From assembly GCA_034667725.1 (NCBI GenBank), contig JAXDQS010000003.1:416001-480000 (forward strand): DNA of 64,000 bases, written 5' to 3'. The stretch comes from Thermoplasmata archaeon. Its GTDB lineage: Archaea; Thermoplasmatota; E2; JACPAO01; JAHFTW01. Positions 1 through 10,500 of this stretch are shown here, one piece after another (the first letter of the stretch is position 1; each line of letters opens with the position of its first letter). The notes beneath the pieces are model-generated. The model was not told where the DNA came from, did no database searches, and saw only the letters and a program-made list of their open reading frames with translations. Made by a program: the position numbers and the translations under genes.

Positions 1-992
1 AGCGCAAGGCACACCGTGGGCGTCGCTGTGTCCTCGCCGAGCAGGTGGCGCTGGAACCAGGCGAGCGCCAGCGCGTCAGGCAGGCCGCACGGGTGGCGTG
101 ACGGCGGGGCGGTGGCGTTGCCGCGCACCGGCGTGTCGAGCGAGTGCCCGCCGAGGTGGGCCACGAGGGCGACGGGGCCCGTGGCCTGGGCGTGGTTCCG
201 CAGCGCCTCGCCGAGGTCGAACAGCGAGTCGTTGGCGCCTTGGACGAACAGCGCGGGCACCGCGACACCGCCGGCTTGGTGGCTCGGGCTGCTGGCCGCG
301 AGCGCGGCGGCAAGCGAAGCCGGCACGGCGCCGTCGCGCAGCGTCTGCTCGAAGCCGGCGCGGATGTCCGGATGGATGCGGCCCTGGATGGCGGCGGACA
401 GCCAGAGCGACGCCACCCACGCCGTCTTGGGGACGCCGTTGGGCGCAAGCGCGTGCACCAAGTCGTTCCAAGTGTCCTCCGCGACGACGGCGTCGAGCCG
501 CGAGTCGAGGGCCGCCGTCAACAAGGGGAACGCACCGCCGTAGCTCTCGCCCATGGCGCCCGCCACCGGGTCGCCGGCTGCCTCCTGGCGAACCCAGTCG
601 AGGCCGGCGAGGTGGCCGAGCACCGCCTGCACGTCGCGAATCTCGAAGTCGGGGCTTGCGACCCGGGCCTGGCTGGTGGCGCGCGCCTCGCCGTGGCCGC
701 GCATGTCGATCGACACGACCGCGAGGCCCGCGTCGGTGAACGCGCGGAACGCCTCCAGCCGGGTCTCGCGCGCGCCGCCCCAGCCGTGGCTGTGCAGCAC
801 GACGGGCACGGGCGCCGCAGCACTCGCGCCTTCCGGCCGGTAGATCGTGACCGGCACCGGATGGCCGTCGAACGACGCAATGGTCAGGAACGTGGCACGC
901 TCCGGCGGCGCCGTCGAGGACCCCGGTCCCTGGCCGAGGCAGGCGCTCAGGGCGACCGCCGCGACGACCAGGACTAGGAGGGCGGGGCGCAA
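1..992 (-). CDS. Lipoprotein alpha/beta hydrolase, CocE/NonD (peptidase S15-like); 3' end runs off the window
   Basis: Not in the ORF track. Manual translation from TTG at 992 gives LRPALLVLVVAAVALSAC (lipobox), VVLHSHGWGG, IDMRGHG, nucleophile motif GESYGG and VQGANDSLF; frame stays open to position 1. Overlaps the upstream gene by 19 bp. Confidence 0.8.
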   Translation of the reverse strand, partial: MRPALLVLVVAAVALSACLGQGPGSSTAPPERATFLTIASFDGHPVPVTIYRPEGASAAAPVPVVLHSHGWGGARETRLEAFRAFTDAGLAVVSIDMRGHGEARATSQARVASPDFEIRDVQAVLGHLAGLDWVRQEAAGDPVAGAMGESYGGAFPLLTAALDSRLDAVVAEDTWNDLVHALAPNGVPKTAWVASLWLSAAIQGRIHPDIRAGFEQTLRDGAVPASLAAALAASSPSHQAGGVAVPALFVQGANDSLFDLGEALRNHAQATGPVALVAHLGGHSLDTPVRGNATAPPSRHPCGLPDALALAWFQRHLLGEDTATPTVCLA

Positions 993-2482
993 GCGGCAGG
1001 ACGAAGGCCACGGGCGCAAAAAGCCAGCAGCAGGAGCAGCAGCCCCACGCTGGCGCCCGGCGCCCGCTCGTCCGGCTGGCCGAAGTCGAACACGGGCGCG
1101 CGCTCCAGCGGCGACACCAGGTGGCGGATGGTCCGCCCCTCCCAGGTCGCCTCGGCCTCGCCCACGACGGGCACGCCAGCCACGAACGCCGGCTCCCACA
1201 GGAGGGTCGCGGTGCCGTCGGCGGCCGTCATGCCCGAGAGGCCGTCGAGCCGCACGGTCGCGTTCGCGACGGGGGCGCCGACGGGGTCGAGCACGGTGGC
1301 CTGCACCTGGTACATCGCGCGCACCGGCTTGGTGGCGGCGGTGGAGTAGCTATTGCCGTCGAGCGCGAGCAGGGTCGGGTTGGCGGCGAACACGTCGGTC
1401 TCGCCGGTGCCGTTGAACACGGTGCGCTCGACCCGCAGGCCGGCGTCCTTGACCGAGACGCCGCCGACCGAGTTGCCGGCGAGGCGGCTGTCGGCCACGC
1501 GCAGCTCGGCGTGCTCGGCGAACAGGCCGACCGTGGCCTGCGCCTCCGGCTTGGGCGAGACGTCGCAGGCGTTGACCTCGACGACGCCGGGCGTGCCAGG
1601 CACGGGCGCCGGCTGGTGCGTGAGCCCGAAGTTGCCGTAGCGCAGGCGGCAGCCATGCAGCGTGGCCGAGGAATCGACCAGGACGACGGCGTTGCGCGCC
1701 GACAGGTCCACGTCGTCCGCGACGACGGTGCTGCGGGTGGCGTGCAGCGCGACCCGGTCGGTGCGCGCCGTGACGTTGCGCAGCGTGAGTTGCGACGAGG
1801 CGACCCGGATGCCCTCGATGCCGGTGTTGAGGTCGGCGTCCTCGAGCACGAGCGTGCCGTTGAGGGCCGCGAACGCGCCGCTTGCGATGCGCACCGTGAC
1901 ATCGCGCGCGAAGGCCGCGCCGCCGTCGTGGGCGAACAGGGCGGGGCCCTTGATGTCGGCGACCGCGGTGTGGTTGAGGTAGGCGCGGCCGGTCTTTGTG
2001 GCCAGGAGGCCGCCGCCGAGGAACGACTCCGCCATGAAGCCCTCCAGGCCCCGGATCTGGACCGGGTTGCCGGGCAGGCCTTCGGCGACGAAGACGCCCT
2101 CGACGGTGACGGTGTAGCCGTAGCTGGCGTTGGCGGGCTCCATCGTGGCGGCGCGCTCGGGCGTGGAGCGCAGCTCCAGCCGGCCGCCCGCCTCGACGCG
2201 CACGTCCAAGCCTTCGCTGGCTGCGCCCAGCCACTTGTCCTGGTAGGGCGGGGAGGCGATGCGCAGCGTGCAGCCTTCAAGCACCAGGGCGCCGCCGGCC
2301 ACGACCCGGAGGTCCTGCTCGACCAGCACGGTGTCGTCGCGGCAGTGGACCTCGGTGTCGATGACCTTCCAGGCGGCTTCGCTGGACCCGTCCGCCTGCC
2401 CCTGCGCGGGCAGCGGGAGGAGGACGAGGAGGATGAGGCCGGCCAGCAGGGCGCGCCTAGGGTTCGGCGACACGGAGGTCAT
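974..2482 (-). CDS. Secreted right-handed beta-helix-like protein with C-terminal Ig-like domain and membrane anchor
   Basis: N-terminal signal peptide, repeated short beta-strand motifs (LTLRNVT, VVADDVD, LRVADSRL), DPVGAPVANATVRL motif, and a C-terminal APGASVGLLLLLLAF plus basic tail. Confidence 0.65.
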   Translation of the reverse strand: MTSVSPNPRRALLAGLILLVLLPLPAQGQADGSSEAAWKVIDTEVHCRDDTVLVEQDLRVVAGGALVLEGCTLRIASPPYQDKWLGAASEGLDVRVEAGGRLELRSTPERAATMEPANASYGYTVTVEGVFVAEGLPGNPVQIRGLEGFMAESFLGGGLLATKTGRAYLNHTAVADIKGPALFAHDGGAAFARDVTVRIASGAFAALNGTLVLEDADLNTGIEGIRVASSQLTLRNVTARTDRVALHATRSTVVADDVDLSARNAVVLVDSSATLHGCRLRYGNFGLTHQPAPVPGTPGVVEVNACDVSPKPEAQATVGLFAEHAELRVADSRLAGNSVGGVSVKDAGLRVERTVFNGTGETDVFAANPTLLALDGNSYSTAATKPVRAMYQVQATVLDPVGAPVANATVRLDGLSGMTAADGTATLLWEPAFVAGVPVVGEAEATWEGRTIRHLVSPLERAPVFDFGQPDERAPGASVGLLLLLLAFCARGLRPAACAPPS

Positions 2483-5400
2483 CCACGTTCCAGCCGGGGC
2501 CGTCCTCGAGGCTCAGGTCGCTCACGAACGAGAGCTGCACGCGCACCATTTGGCCTGCGTAGGCCGACAGGTCGAAGGTCGCGGTCTGGTAGTCGGGGCT
2601 CTGGCCCGAGAACGAGCCGAGGGTCGCGAGGGTCGCGCCGGTGGCGTCGGCGATGTTGATGTGCAGGTAGTCAAAGCCGGCCTCCGAGCCGCCCGCGACA
2701 CTCAGCGTGAACTGCGGGGCGACCGCGGTGGTGAGGTCAATCACGGGCGAGTCGAGCTTGGCGCCGCCGGAGTAAGTGTCCTCGTTGCCGACGTAGCCCA
2801 CGCCGGGGTAGGGGGCGCCGACGTACCAGTAGTGGGTGCCGCTCTGGGCGTTGGTGCCGGAGGCCGACGGCGTGGTGGCCTGGTCGACCAGCTGCCATTT
2901 GTTGAGGGAGTCGTTCGGCGTATAGCCGAGGTCGCCGCCCTCGACGTCGTCGCAGAAGTACTCGCCGCCGACGCAGGGGCCGGCGCCGCCGGGCACCGGG
3001 TTCACGGTGTCCATCACGTGCTGCACCTCGGCGAGCACGGTGGCCACGAGGGTGGTGGCGAGGTTGTTTGCGATGGCCGCGAGCGCGCCGGCGAGGCTGC
3101 CGGCCGCCGCGGCCGCGGGGCCGAGGCAGCTGACGGGCACGAACGGCAGGTCGGCGTCCATGGTGAGGCCGGTGGTGCCCTTCTCTTCGCAGGCATTGTT
3201 GCCGGCGGAGGCGCCCGAGTAGGCGTCCTTCTCGGCGCCGTCGACCAGCAGGCCGAGCGCCGCCCAGGAGGTGCTGGACTCGCCGTAGCCGCGGCTGACG
3301 GCCGGGTCGGGGACGGTGTAGCTGTCGCGGCCGGAGAGGTCCACGAGCACGCCGAGCGGGGCGTCGATGGCCGTGCCCTGCGAGCCGGCGCCGGCGCTGT
3401 AGTCGTCGCGGCCTTCGCGGTCGATGAGCACGCCGACGCCGCCCGCCGAGCCGCTGCCCTGCGAGTTGTCGCCGGCCGTGTAGGCGGCTCGGTGGGCCGG
3501 GCCGCCGCCGATGGTCTCGTCGTCGTTGTCCACGAGGACGCCGACGCCGCCTGCCGAGCCGCTGCCCTGGCTGCTGGCGCCCGCCAGGAGGCGGTCGGCC
3601 TTCACGCCGGGGCCGGCGGGGGGCGCGTCGCCGGGGCTGGCGACGGCGACCGTGCCAGGCTCGAGCGTGATGCTGGCGGCGTCCTGCAGGCCGTCGACCA
3701 GGATGCCGACGGCGCCGCGGCCGGCGCCTTGGCTGCCGGCGCCCGCGGTGTAGGCGTCGGTGCCGTCGGCGTCCACCAGGATGCCGACGCCGACGCCGAT
3801 ACCCGTGCCGGCGCCCTGCGAGCCTTCGCCCGCGGTGTAGGTGTCGTGGCCGCTGGCGTCGATGAGGACGCCGAGGAGCGGCTGCATGGGCAGAAGCACC
3901 CAGGCGGCGCCTTGGGAGCCGTCGCCGGAGACGTAGGCGTCGTCGCCGCCAGCGTCCACCAGGTAGCCGCCGCACACGGCGCGGGAGGAGCCCTGACCGG
4001 CGGCGGCCGTGTAGGTGTCGTCGCCGGAGCCGTCGAACAGCAGGCCGCCGGCGCCGTCGATGCCGGTGCAGACGCCTTGGCCGAGGTTCGAAGCCTGGTA
4101 GCGGTCGTCCCCGCTGAAGTCCAGGAGGGCGCCCAGCCCATTGCCGACTCCGAAGCCCTGCGCCGCGTAGATGTTGGCGAGATACTGGTCGTCGCCGGCG
4201 CCGTCGATGAGGAAGCCGTTGGCGAGGCCGAGGGCGGCGCCCTGCGCAAAGCCGTCGCTGGTGTTGGGCACGAGCGCTCCCGTGACGCTGTAGGTGTCGT
4301 CGCCGCTGGCGTCCACGAGGTAGTTGCCGGAGCCCTGCACCAGGCCGGTGCCGGTGTAGGTGTCGTCGCCGCCTTGGTCGAACAGGACGGCGGGCGCGGT
4401 GGGGGCGGGGAACGGCACGAAGCGGCCGCCTTGGCTGGCGGTGCCGGCGAGGTAGGTGTCGGCGCCGTGGCCGAGGTCCAGCAGGTAGCCGGCGTCGCCG
4501 GAGCCCTGCACGCGGCGGGTGCCTTGGTAGTTGTCGCTGCCGGCGCGGTCGGCCAGCACGCCGACGCCGTAGCCACCCGTGGCCGAGCCTTGCGCCGCCA
4601 TGAGGGCCGTGTAGATGTCGTCGCCGCCGTCGTCGTAGAGGACGCCCACGGCGTTGAGGCCGGCGCCCTGCGCGTAGTTGGCGGTGTCTTCGTACGTGTC
4701 CTGGCCGGCGCCGAGGTCGATGGAGATGGAGGCAGGCTCGGTGGCGCCGAGGGTGGTGGCGCCGCCGGCGCGGTTCTGGTACAGCTCGTTGCCGCCCAGG
4801 TCGACCTGGAGGACGTGGTGGACCGTGTCGGTGTCGTCGCAGGTGCCCCGCACGACCACGAGGTTCTGGGGGTCCGCGAAGATCGGCGGCTTGGGGCAGG
4901 CCGCGCTGGAGGATGCCGAGGCGGACATGGAAGGGGTCACGGCCTCGATGGTGGCCAGCAGGCTGGCGGTGGCGCGGGCCGAGGCGGTGGCGTCGGCGGC
5001 GTGGACGGCGTCGATGGCGTCGTTGACCGACGCCACCAGCGCGCCCAGGCCGGCCGCGGCCGCGGGGCTCGCGGCCTCGAAGCGGGCGGTGGCGGCCGAC
5101 AGGCGGGCCATGTCCAAGGCGCCTGGCAGGATGCCGTGGCGCAGGTAGAGGCCGACCATCGCGACGCGCAGCGCGGCGGGCGCGTGCGCCGCCGGCTCGA
5201 CGGCCGGCAGGCCGGCCGCGGCCGCGAACGCGTCCGAGGCGGACGCGGCGCCGGCGAGCGAGGCCAGGAGGGCGGCGCCGTCCGCGGCGGCCGCGCTGGG
5301 CGAGGCCAGGCGCGCGCCTTGGGCACCGAGCATCGCCTGGACGGCGGCGGCGTCGATGCCGGTCTCGCCGTCGACGCCGGCGAGGGCGAGCAGGTCGTCC

Positions 5401-5528
5401 AGCAGCAGCGTGCTGGCGGCGGGGGTCGGCGCCGGAAGGGCCGGACCCTCGGCGGTGGCGCCGCTGAAGGATGCGGTCGTGAACATGGCGGCCAGTAGAA
5501 GGGGCAGAATCCCAGGCTTGGACAACAT
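2457..5528 (-). CDS. Large secreted protein with tandem GDDxY..SQG..GxLxD repeats and a C-terminal MAM/immune-inhibitor-A-like beta-sandwich
   Basis: ATG at 5528 (MLSKPGILPLLLAAM) preceded by SD-like GGTGA. Roughly 15-18 repeats of ~25-30 aa. C-terminus has LDSPVIDLT, SEAGFDYLHI, FDLSAYAGQ and GPGWNVDDLRV. Confidence 0.75.
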   Translation of the reverse strand: MLSKPGILPLLLAAMFTTASFSGATAEGPALPAPTPAASTLLLDDLLALAGVDGETGIDAAAVQAMLGAQGARLASPSAAAADGAALLASLAGAASASDAFAAAAGLPAVEPAAHAPAALRVAMVGLYLRHGILPGALDMARLSAATARFEAASPAAAAGLGALVASVNDAIDAVHAADATASARATASLLATIEAVTPSMSASASSSAACPKPPIFADPQNLVVVRGTCDDTDTVHHVLQVDLGGNELYQNRAGGATTLGATEPASISIDLGAGQDTYEDTANYAQGAGLNAVGVLYDDGGDDIYTALMAAQGSATGGYGVGVLADRAGSDNYQGTRRVQGSGDAGYLLDLGHGADTYLAGTASQGGRFVPFPAPTAPAVLFDQGGDDTYTGTGLVQGSGNYLVDASGDDTYSVTGALVPNTSDGFAQGAALGLANGFLIDGAGDDQYLANIYAAQGFGVGNGLGALLDFSGDDRYQASNLGQGVCTGIDGAGGLLFDGSGDDTYTAAAGQGSSRAVCGGYLVDAGGDDAYVSGDGSQGAAWVLLPMQPLLGVLIDASGHDTYTAGEGSQGAGTGIGVGVGILVDADGTDAYTAGAGSQGAGRGAVGILVDGLQDAASITLEPGTVAVASPGDAPPAGPGVKADRLLAGASSQGSGSAGGVGVLVDNDDETIGGGPAHRAAYTAGDNSQGSGSAGGVGVLIDREGRDDYSAGAGSQGTAIDAPLGVLVDLSGRDSYTVPDPAVSRGYGESSTSWAALGLLVDGAEKDAYSGASAGNNACEEKGTTGLTMDADLPFVPVSCLGPAAAAAGSLAGALAAIANNLATTLVATVLAEVQHVMDTVNPVPGGAGPCVGGEYFCDDVEGGDLGYTPNDSLNKWQLVDQATTPSASGTNAQSGTHYWYVGAPYPGVGYVGNEDTYSGGAKLDSPVIDLTTAVAPQFTLSVAGGSEAGFDYLHINIADATGATLATLGSFSGQSPDYQTATFDLSAYAGQMVRVQLSFVSDLSLEDGPGWNVDDLRVAEP

Positions 5529-5729
5529 GATGAGGTCACCTTGGGGTCCGCGAAAAAACCGCGGACGCAAGCCGCTGGAGCCATGGGTGTCACTTAAGGG
5601 TCGCCGCCGAATCATGTCCCACCCGGCGTCAAGTGGGGGGGAACCGCGGCAAGCCGGATTGAAAAATGGTTGCGCTGGCCAAGCGGGCTGGCGGCCGTTG
5701 TGGGAACGTCCTCGACGCCGCGGTCGGTC

Positions 5730-5762
5730 CCCAAAAGAGGAAAGAGGGGAAAAGGAAAGTTG
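5730..5762 (-). terminator. Oligopyrimidine terminator-like tract
   Basis: On the minus strand, TTTCCTTTTCCCCTCTTTCCTCTTTT follows the stop of the 5771..6706 gene. Confidence 0.55.
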
Positions 5763-5770
5763 GCTGGGAC

Positions 5771-6706
5771 CTACATCTTCTCGTTGTTGTCCGCGGGGTT
5801 GTACAGCATCGTGATCGGGCTGATGCACTGGGGGTCGGCCGCGTCAATCAGTCCGTCCTGGTCGTTGTTGTCGATGCCGTCGCTGCACTCCGGCTCCTCG
5901 CTGGTGTCGTCGTAGCTGCTGCAGCCGGAGTCGTCGAAGTCGATGGTGGTGTCGGCGTCGGCGTTGTCGACCTTGTCGTCGCACTGGGGCGGCGTGCAGC
6001 CGACCGCGCCGACCTTCATCCAGACGTCGTAGGTGCCGGCAGAGATGCCGGCGCCGATGTTCGGGGTGAAGGGGTCCGCGCTGACCCAGTTGCCGATGAA
6101 CACCACGATCTGGCCGGCGTTCCACGGGTTGGGCGCCATGCCGGGAATGGCCGGCATCATGCAGAAGTTGGCGCGCTCGGCGTCCGTCGGGTCAAGGCCG
6201 CAATCCTTGTCGTCCTTGGACTTCTCGGGGTCCGAGCAGGCGGCGGTGGCGACCTGGGCCTGGTTGGAGTAGTCGCTGCGCAGCTGGTCGTCGTTGTCGT
6301 TGACGTTGGTGCAGATGCTGTCGAAGTCGCGGTCGTTGCAAGTGGTCATCTCGAAGCCGGTGACGAACTGGCCCGTGGTCCACTCCGCCCAGACGCTCAC
6401 CGCGACGTTGACCGGCAGGGCCGGCAGCGCGTTGCCAGGGAAGATGGCGGCGCCCGGGTTGGCCGTGCCGGCCGTGAAGCACGGGAAGGGCAGCGGGAGC
6501 GCGGGGTCGGTGCAGACGCCGGCGCCAACGCCGATGACGGGCTTGACAGTCACGCTGCCGGGGCCGAGCACGGTCAGACACTCGATCTTGTCGCCGTCCG
6601 CGTTGGTGTTGTCTTCAGCCCCACAGTTGACGTCGTAGGGCGCGCCCTGGACCGCAAGGGTGGCCGAGGCGAACATGGCCGCCAAAAGCACGTATGTCAG
6701 TTTCAT
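5771..6706 (-). CDS. Secreted Cys-rich protein with two C-terminal CxDGxDND-type putative Ca-binding repeats
   Basis: Signal peptide MKLTYVLLAAMFASATLAVQG; repeats PQCDDKVDNADADTTIDFDDSGC and PECSDGIDNNDQDGLIDAADPQC. Confidence 0.75.
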   Translation of the reverse strand: MKLTYVLLAAMFASATLAVQGAPYDVNCGAEDNTNADGDKIECLTVLGPGSVTVKPVIGVGAGVCTDPALPLPFPCFTAGTANPGAAIFPGNALPALPVNVAVSVWAEWTTGQFVTGFEMTTCNDRDFDSICTNVNDNDDQLRSDYSNQAQVATAACSDPEKSKDDKDCGLDPTDAERANFCMMPAIPGMAPNPWNAGQIVVFIGNWVSADPFTPNIGAGISAGTYDVWMKVGAVGCTPPQCDDKVDNADADTTIDFDDSGCSSYDDTSEEPECSDGIDNNDQDGLIDAADPQCISPITMLYNPADNNEKM

Positions 6707-6807
6707 TTTGTGTCAATCCTGCGGGACCTTGCCCGCGTTTCCCCGCGAAACGTGTGTCCGACATAAGCCCGTTTACCCAGCCGTTCCTCATGGGGAACGA
6801 CCTGGGT

Positions 6808-7470
6808 TCACAAGAGGACGCGTAGCCCCAGTTCGGTCGTTGACCCGTTCGTGGCCGAAGTGGCCTCGCCCGCCACCACGCTTTCCTCCGCCTCGCGCGG
6901 CAGGTCGCCGAGCGCCTCGAGCAGGCTGCTTGCGAGCACGGTGCGGCGCAGGCCGCCCTCGGACTCGACGGTCAGGAGGTCCATGTCGGCCAGCTGGCGC
7001 AGGTGCCAGCGGACGGCGCGCGGCGTGATGCCGACCTCGCGGCTGACGGCGCGCCAGCTCAGGTCCGGCTGCCGCACCAGCATCCCGAGGATGCGGCGGC
7101 GGGTGTCGCCCTGGATGCTGCTGACGGCGCGGTGGACGGTGGCGGGGCCGGCGCCGCGCGGGAAGAAGTGGACCTTGCGGCCCTCGGGGTGGGCGGCGAC
7201 CAGGCGGCCGCGCACCAGGCGCTGGAGATGGTACTTGACGTTGTCCCGGCCAAGCCCCGTGAGGCGGCCGAGCTCGGTCTCGCACAGGCCCCACTGCTGC
7301 TGGATGAGGTCGAACAGCGCCCGCCGGGTGGGGTGGGCCAGCAGGGCCGCGGCCTCGGGGTCCCGGATGGCGTCGCGCAACTCGTTGGATGGCTGGGGCG
7401 CCCGGTCGCCTTCCGTCCTAGGAGCGGGCGGATCACGGAAGCCTGCCGTCCAAGGGGAGGCGTGCGTCAC
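6808..7470 (-). CDS. Soluble tandem winged-HTH transcription regulator (COG3398/ArsR-like x2)
   Basis: LLAHPTRRALFDLIQQQWG..ELGRLTGLGRDNVKYHLQRL and TRRRILGML..EVGITPRAVRWHLRQL. Probable GTG start at 7470. Confidence 0.85.
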   Translation of the reverse strand: MTHASPWTAGFRDPPAPRTEGDRAPQPSNELRDAIRDPEAAALLAHPTRRALFDLIQQQWGLCETELGRLTGLGRDNVKYHLQRLVRGRLVAAHPEGRKVHFFPRGAGPATVHRAVSSIQGDTRRRILGMLVRQPDLSWRAVSREVGITPRAVRWHLRQLADMDLLTVESEGGLRRTVLASSLLEALGDLPREAEESVVAGEATSATNGSTTELGLRVLL

Positions 7471-7504
7471 AGCGCGCGCATTTGGATGGTGACTCAAAGG
7501 GAGA

Positions 7505-7525
7505 TTGGGCCATTTTGTTAGCCAA
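7505..7525. promoter_or_regulatory. 21-bp imperfect palindrome TTGGGCCA-N6-TAGCCAA (candidate operator)
   Basis: The same motif recurs at 10930-10950 and 10952-10972. This copy is 35-55 bp upstream of the wHTH gene start. Confidence 0.6.
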
Positions 7526-7555
7526 TCGACGCAAAGCGCGGTTTTGGGGCGCCGG

Positions 7556-10500
7556 CTATGCGGATGCCGCGGCCGGATAGATCTGCTTGACCAGCCCACG
7601 GCGCTCGCCACGGACCAAGCCGGCCTTCTCCATGCGGCGGATGTGGTAGTGCAGGCCCTTGCTGGAGACGCCCAGCGCCCGCGCCATCGAGGTGGCGTCC
7701 TGGCCGGGATGCTGCTGCACCCGCTCCAGGATCTGCTGCGCCAGCGGCGCCCGCAGCACCCGTGACTCGGCCAGCTGCGCCCGCGGGTAGCCCTTCGGGT
7801 AGTAGCAGGTGTAGCCCTGCACCTCCGAGGACTGCAGCACGCCGTGGCCCAAGAGCACGCCGAGGTGGTAGGTCACGACGCGGCGGGAACGGCCGGCGCG
7901 GCGGGCCAGTTCGCGCTGGTGGATGCCCGGGAGGGCGAAGACGAGGGCGGAGATTTGCGCGCGCACCGGGTGGTCGAGCGCGTCGCGGCCGGTGAGGCGG
8001 CTGAACTGGTACAGCAGCGCCGGCACCAAGCGCTTGCGCCAGCGGAACAGCCAGGCCAGGCCTGCGACCGCCACGGCGGCGGCCACCCAGCCCCAGGCCG
8101 AGGAGCCTCCGCCGGAGTCCGCGCTCAAGGCGGCGGCCGGGCGGGGCGCAAGGCGCGACCGGTCGCCGGCCAAGAGGCCGGCGCAGGCGTCGCCCGCGCC
8201 CGCGGCGTCGCTGTCGAGCTGGTCCGGGTTGGGGACGGTCGGGCAGTTGTCGAGGTAGAGCGCCGCGCCCTTGTCCGCGACCGTGTCGCCGTCCATGTCG
8301 GCGTCGCAGGCGTCGCCCGCCCCGTCGCGGTCGAGGTCCTCCTGGCTGGCGTTGGCGTCGAACACGCAGTTGTCGGCCAGGTCCTGGATGCCGTCGCGGT
8401 CGGTGTCGCGGCCGCCGGTGCCAGGCCGGGGCACGAAGGGCTGGTCGGCAACGTAGGGGACCGTGTCCTCGCAGGCGTCGCCCACGCCGTCCTGGTCGAG
8501 GTCGGCCTGGTCGAGGTTGGGCGTGCCAGGGCAGTTGTCGGCGGCGTCCTGGACGCCGTCGCGGTCGACGTCGGAGTCGAGGCCGCGCACGTTGACGCGC
8601 ATCGACTCGCGGTCGTAGGCGAAGCCGTCGAACGCCTCGAAGGTGAGGGTGTGGACGCCGGTGTCCCAGCCCTGCGTGACGAAGGTGTAGCTGCCGGTGG
8701 CGAAGTTGATGCCGGGCGAGGTCACGAGCGCGCCGTCGGGCTTGCCCACCACGACGCGGACGTCGAGGGTGGGGCCGTCGGAGTCCGTGGCGGCAAGCGG
8801 GATGGCGATGCTCTGGCCCGGGGTCGTGTAGATGTCCTTGAGGGTGGCGAGGTCGGGGACGCAGTTGGGGTCGCCCGGCGCCGGGTACTCGACGGTGGCC
8901 GCGGTGCTTCGGCCGTCGTCATCGTAGGCCGTCAGCGTGACCGTGACGGGGTCGGAGGTGGCGAACTGGTGGATGGCGGGGTTGCCGTCCGCGCCGTCGC
9001 CGTCGCCGAAGTCCCAAGTGAAGGTGAGCGGGGCGCCGCCGTCGGGATCGTAGGAGAGGTCGGCGAAGAAGTGGACCCGGTTGTCGACGCAGTCGGCGCC
9101 GCCGCCGCCCAGCCGGATGACGGCCACGGGGGGGACGTCGCACTCGATGACGCGCACCGGCTTGCTGACGGAGTCCCGCGCGCCGGCGTCGTCCCACACC
9201 GTGAGCTTCACCGTGTAGGTGCCGGGGAGGGCGAAGACATGGGACGCGGTTGCGGACCAAGGGTCGTAGGTGGTCGTGAGGGAGTCGCCCCACTCCCAGA
9301 GGCTCTTGTCCAAGGCGCCGACGCCCGGGGTGGAGAAGTCGTTGAACGAGCGGGCCTTGCGGGCGCACGCGACGGTCGGGTCCCAGCCGGGGGGCGTGTA
9401 GGGGCCGCGCGGGCCGGTGGGCGCCGAGCCGGTGGTGGGCGCGAAGTCGGCCACGGGCACCGGCGGGAACGAGCCCGAGGCGCTGTACCACATGCGGTTC
9501 TCGTTGCTCGACTCGACCATGATGCTCGCGAACACGTTGGAGTCGGAGACGATGCGATGCTGACCCGGCGTCACGGACAGCATCTGGCAAGCGTAGCCGC
9601 TGCTGCCGACAGGGGAACCGAGCGAGAACGGCACGCCGTCCATGTTGGCCACGGCGCCGGCGGGGCCGACGACGTAGACCGCGCGGCCGGTCCAGTCATG
9701 GTCGGGGACCCAGAAGTCAAGTTGCGGGGCCCAGCGGGTGGTGGGGCGCGGCACCAGGATGGCGGGGTCGCCGAGGACGGTGGCGGTCTGCTCGGCGGCC
9801 ACGACGGAGACGGCCACGTCCTGGGTGGCGTTGAGGTGCATGTTGGTGCCGAGGTCGAACTGATACCAAGAGCCGACGCCGGAGAGCTGGACGCCAGTGG
9901 GCGTGATGGTGAAGCCCTTGCCGGTGGCGTAGTAGCCGGAGGCGGGCGGGCTGGAGCCGCGGAACATGCTCGGCGACACTGGGACCGGGTCGATGGTGAC
10001 GTCGGTAAGGCCGGGCTTGGTGGCCACGACACGGTAGCTGTTGAAGCTCCCACCGGCGGCGCAGCCAACGTACTCGGTGCCAAGGTGGTGCGCCGGCAAA
10101 GTCGGGTCCTCGAGGTGGTTGCACTGCGAGGCGCCGGCCTTGGCGCAGAGGCTGGAGCCGAACACCGCCACCGGATGGTCGGACTCCAGGATGGAACCGG
10201 TGACGTCGCCCATCGCGTCCAGCCGGCGCGACTCGTAGGGGCCGAGCGTGAACGTGGTGGGGACGTCCTTGGCCATGGCCGGGAAGGTGGGGTCCGCGGG
10301 GGAGAAGCTGAAGCCGCTGCGGTAGACGCCATAGTCGATGTTGGCCGCCGGCGTGAGGGTCACGGTGGCGCCGTCGGCGGTGGCCACAACAGACAACGTG
10401 TTGGCGCCCTTCTCCTCGTAGTGGGCCAGGAAGTGGCTGTAGCCGAGGGCGCTCGTGGGCAGCAGGGTGCTGGCCTCGGCGACGGCGCTGCGGCCGCGGA

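Noticed and set aside
2259-5498. 1079-aa plus-strand ORF (also 7844..10867, 17340..19331, 57170..60541)
   Set aside because: Antisense shadows of genuine genes. High GC suppresses stops, and the translations show no recognisable motifs.
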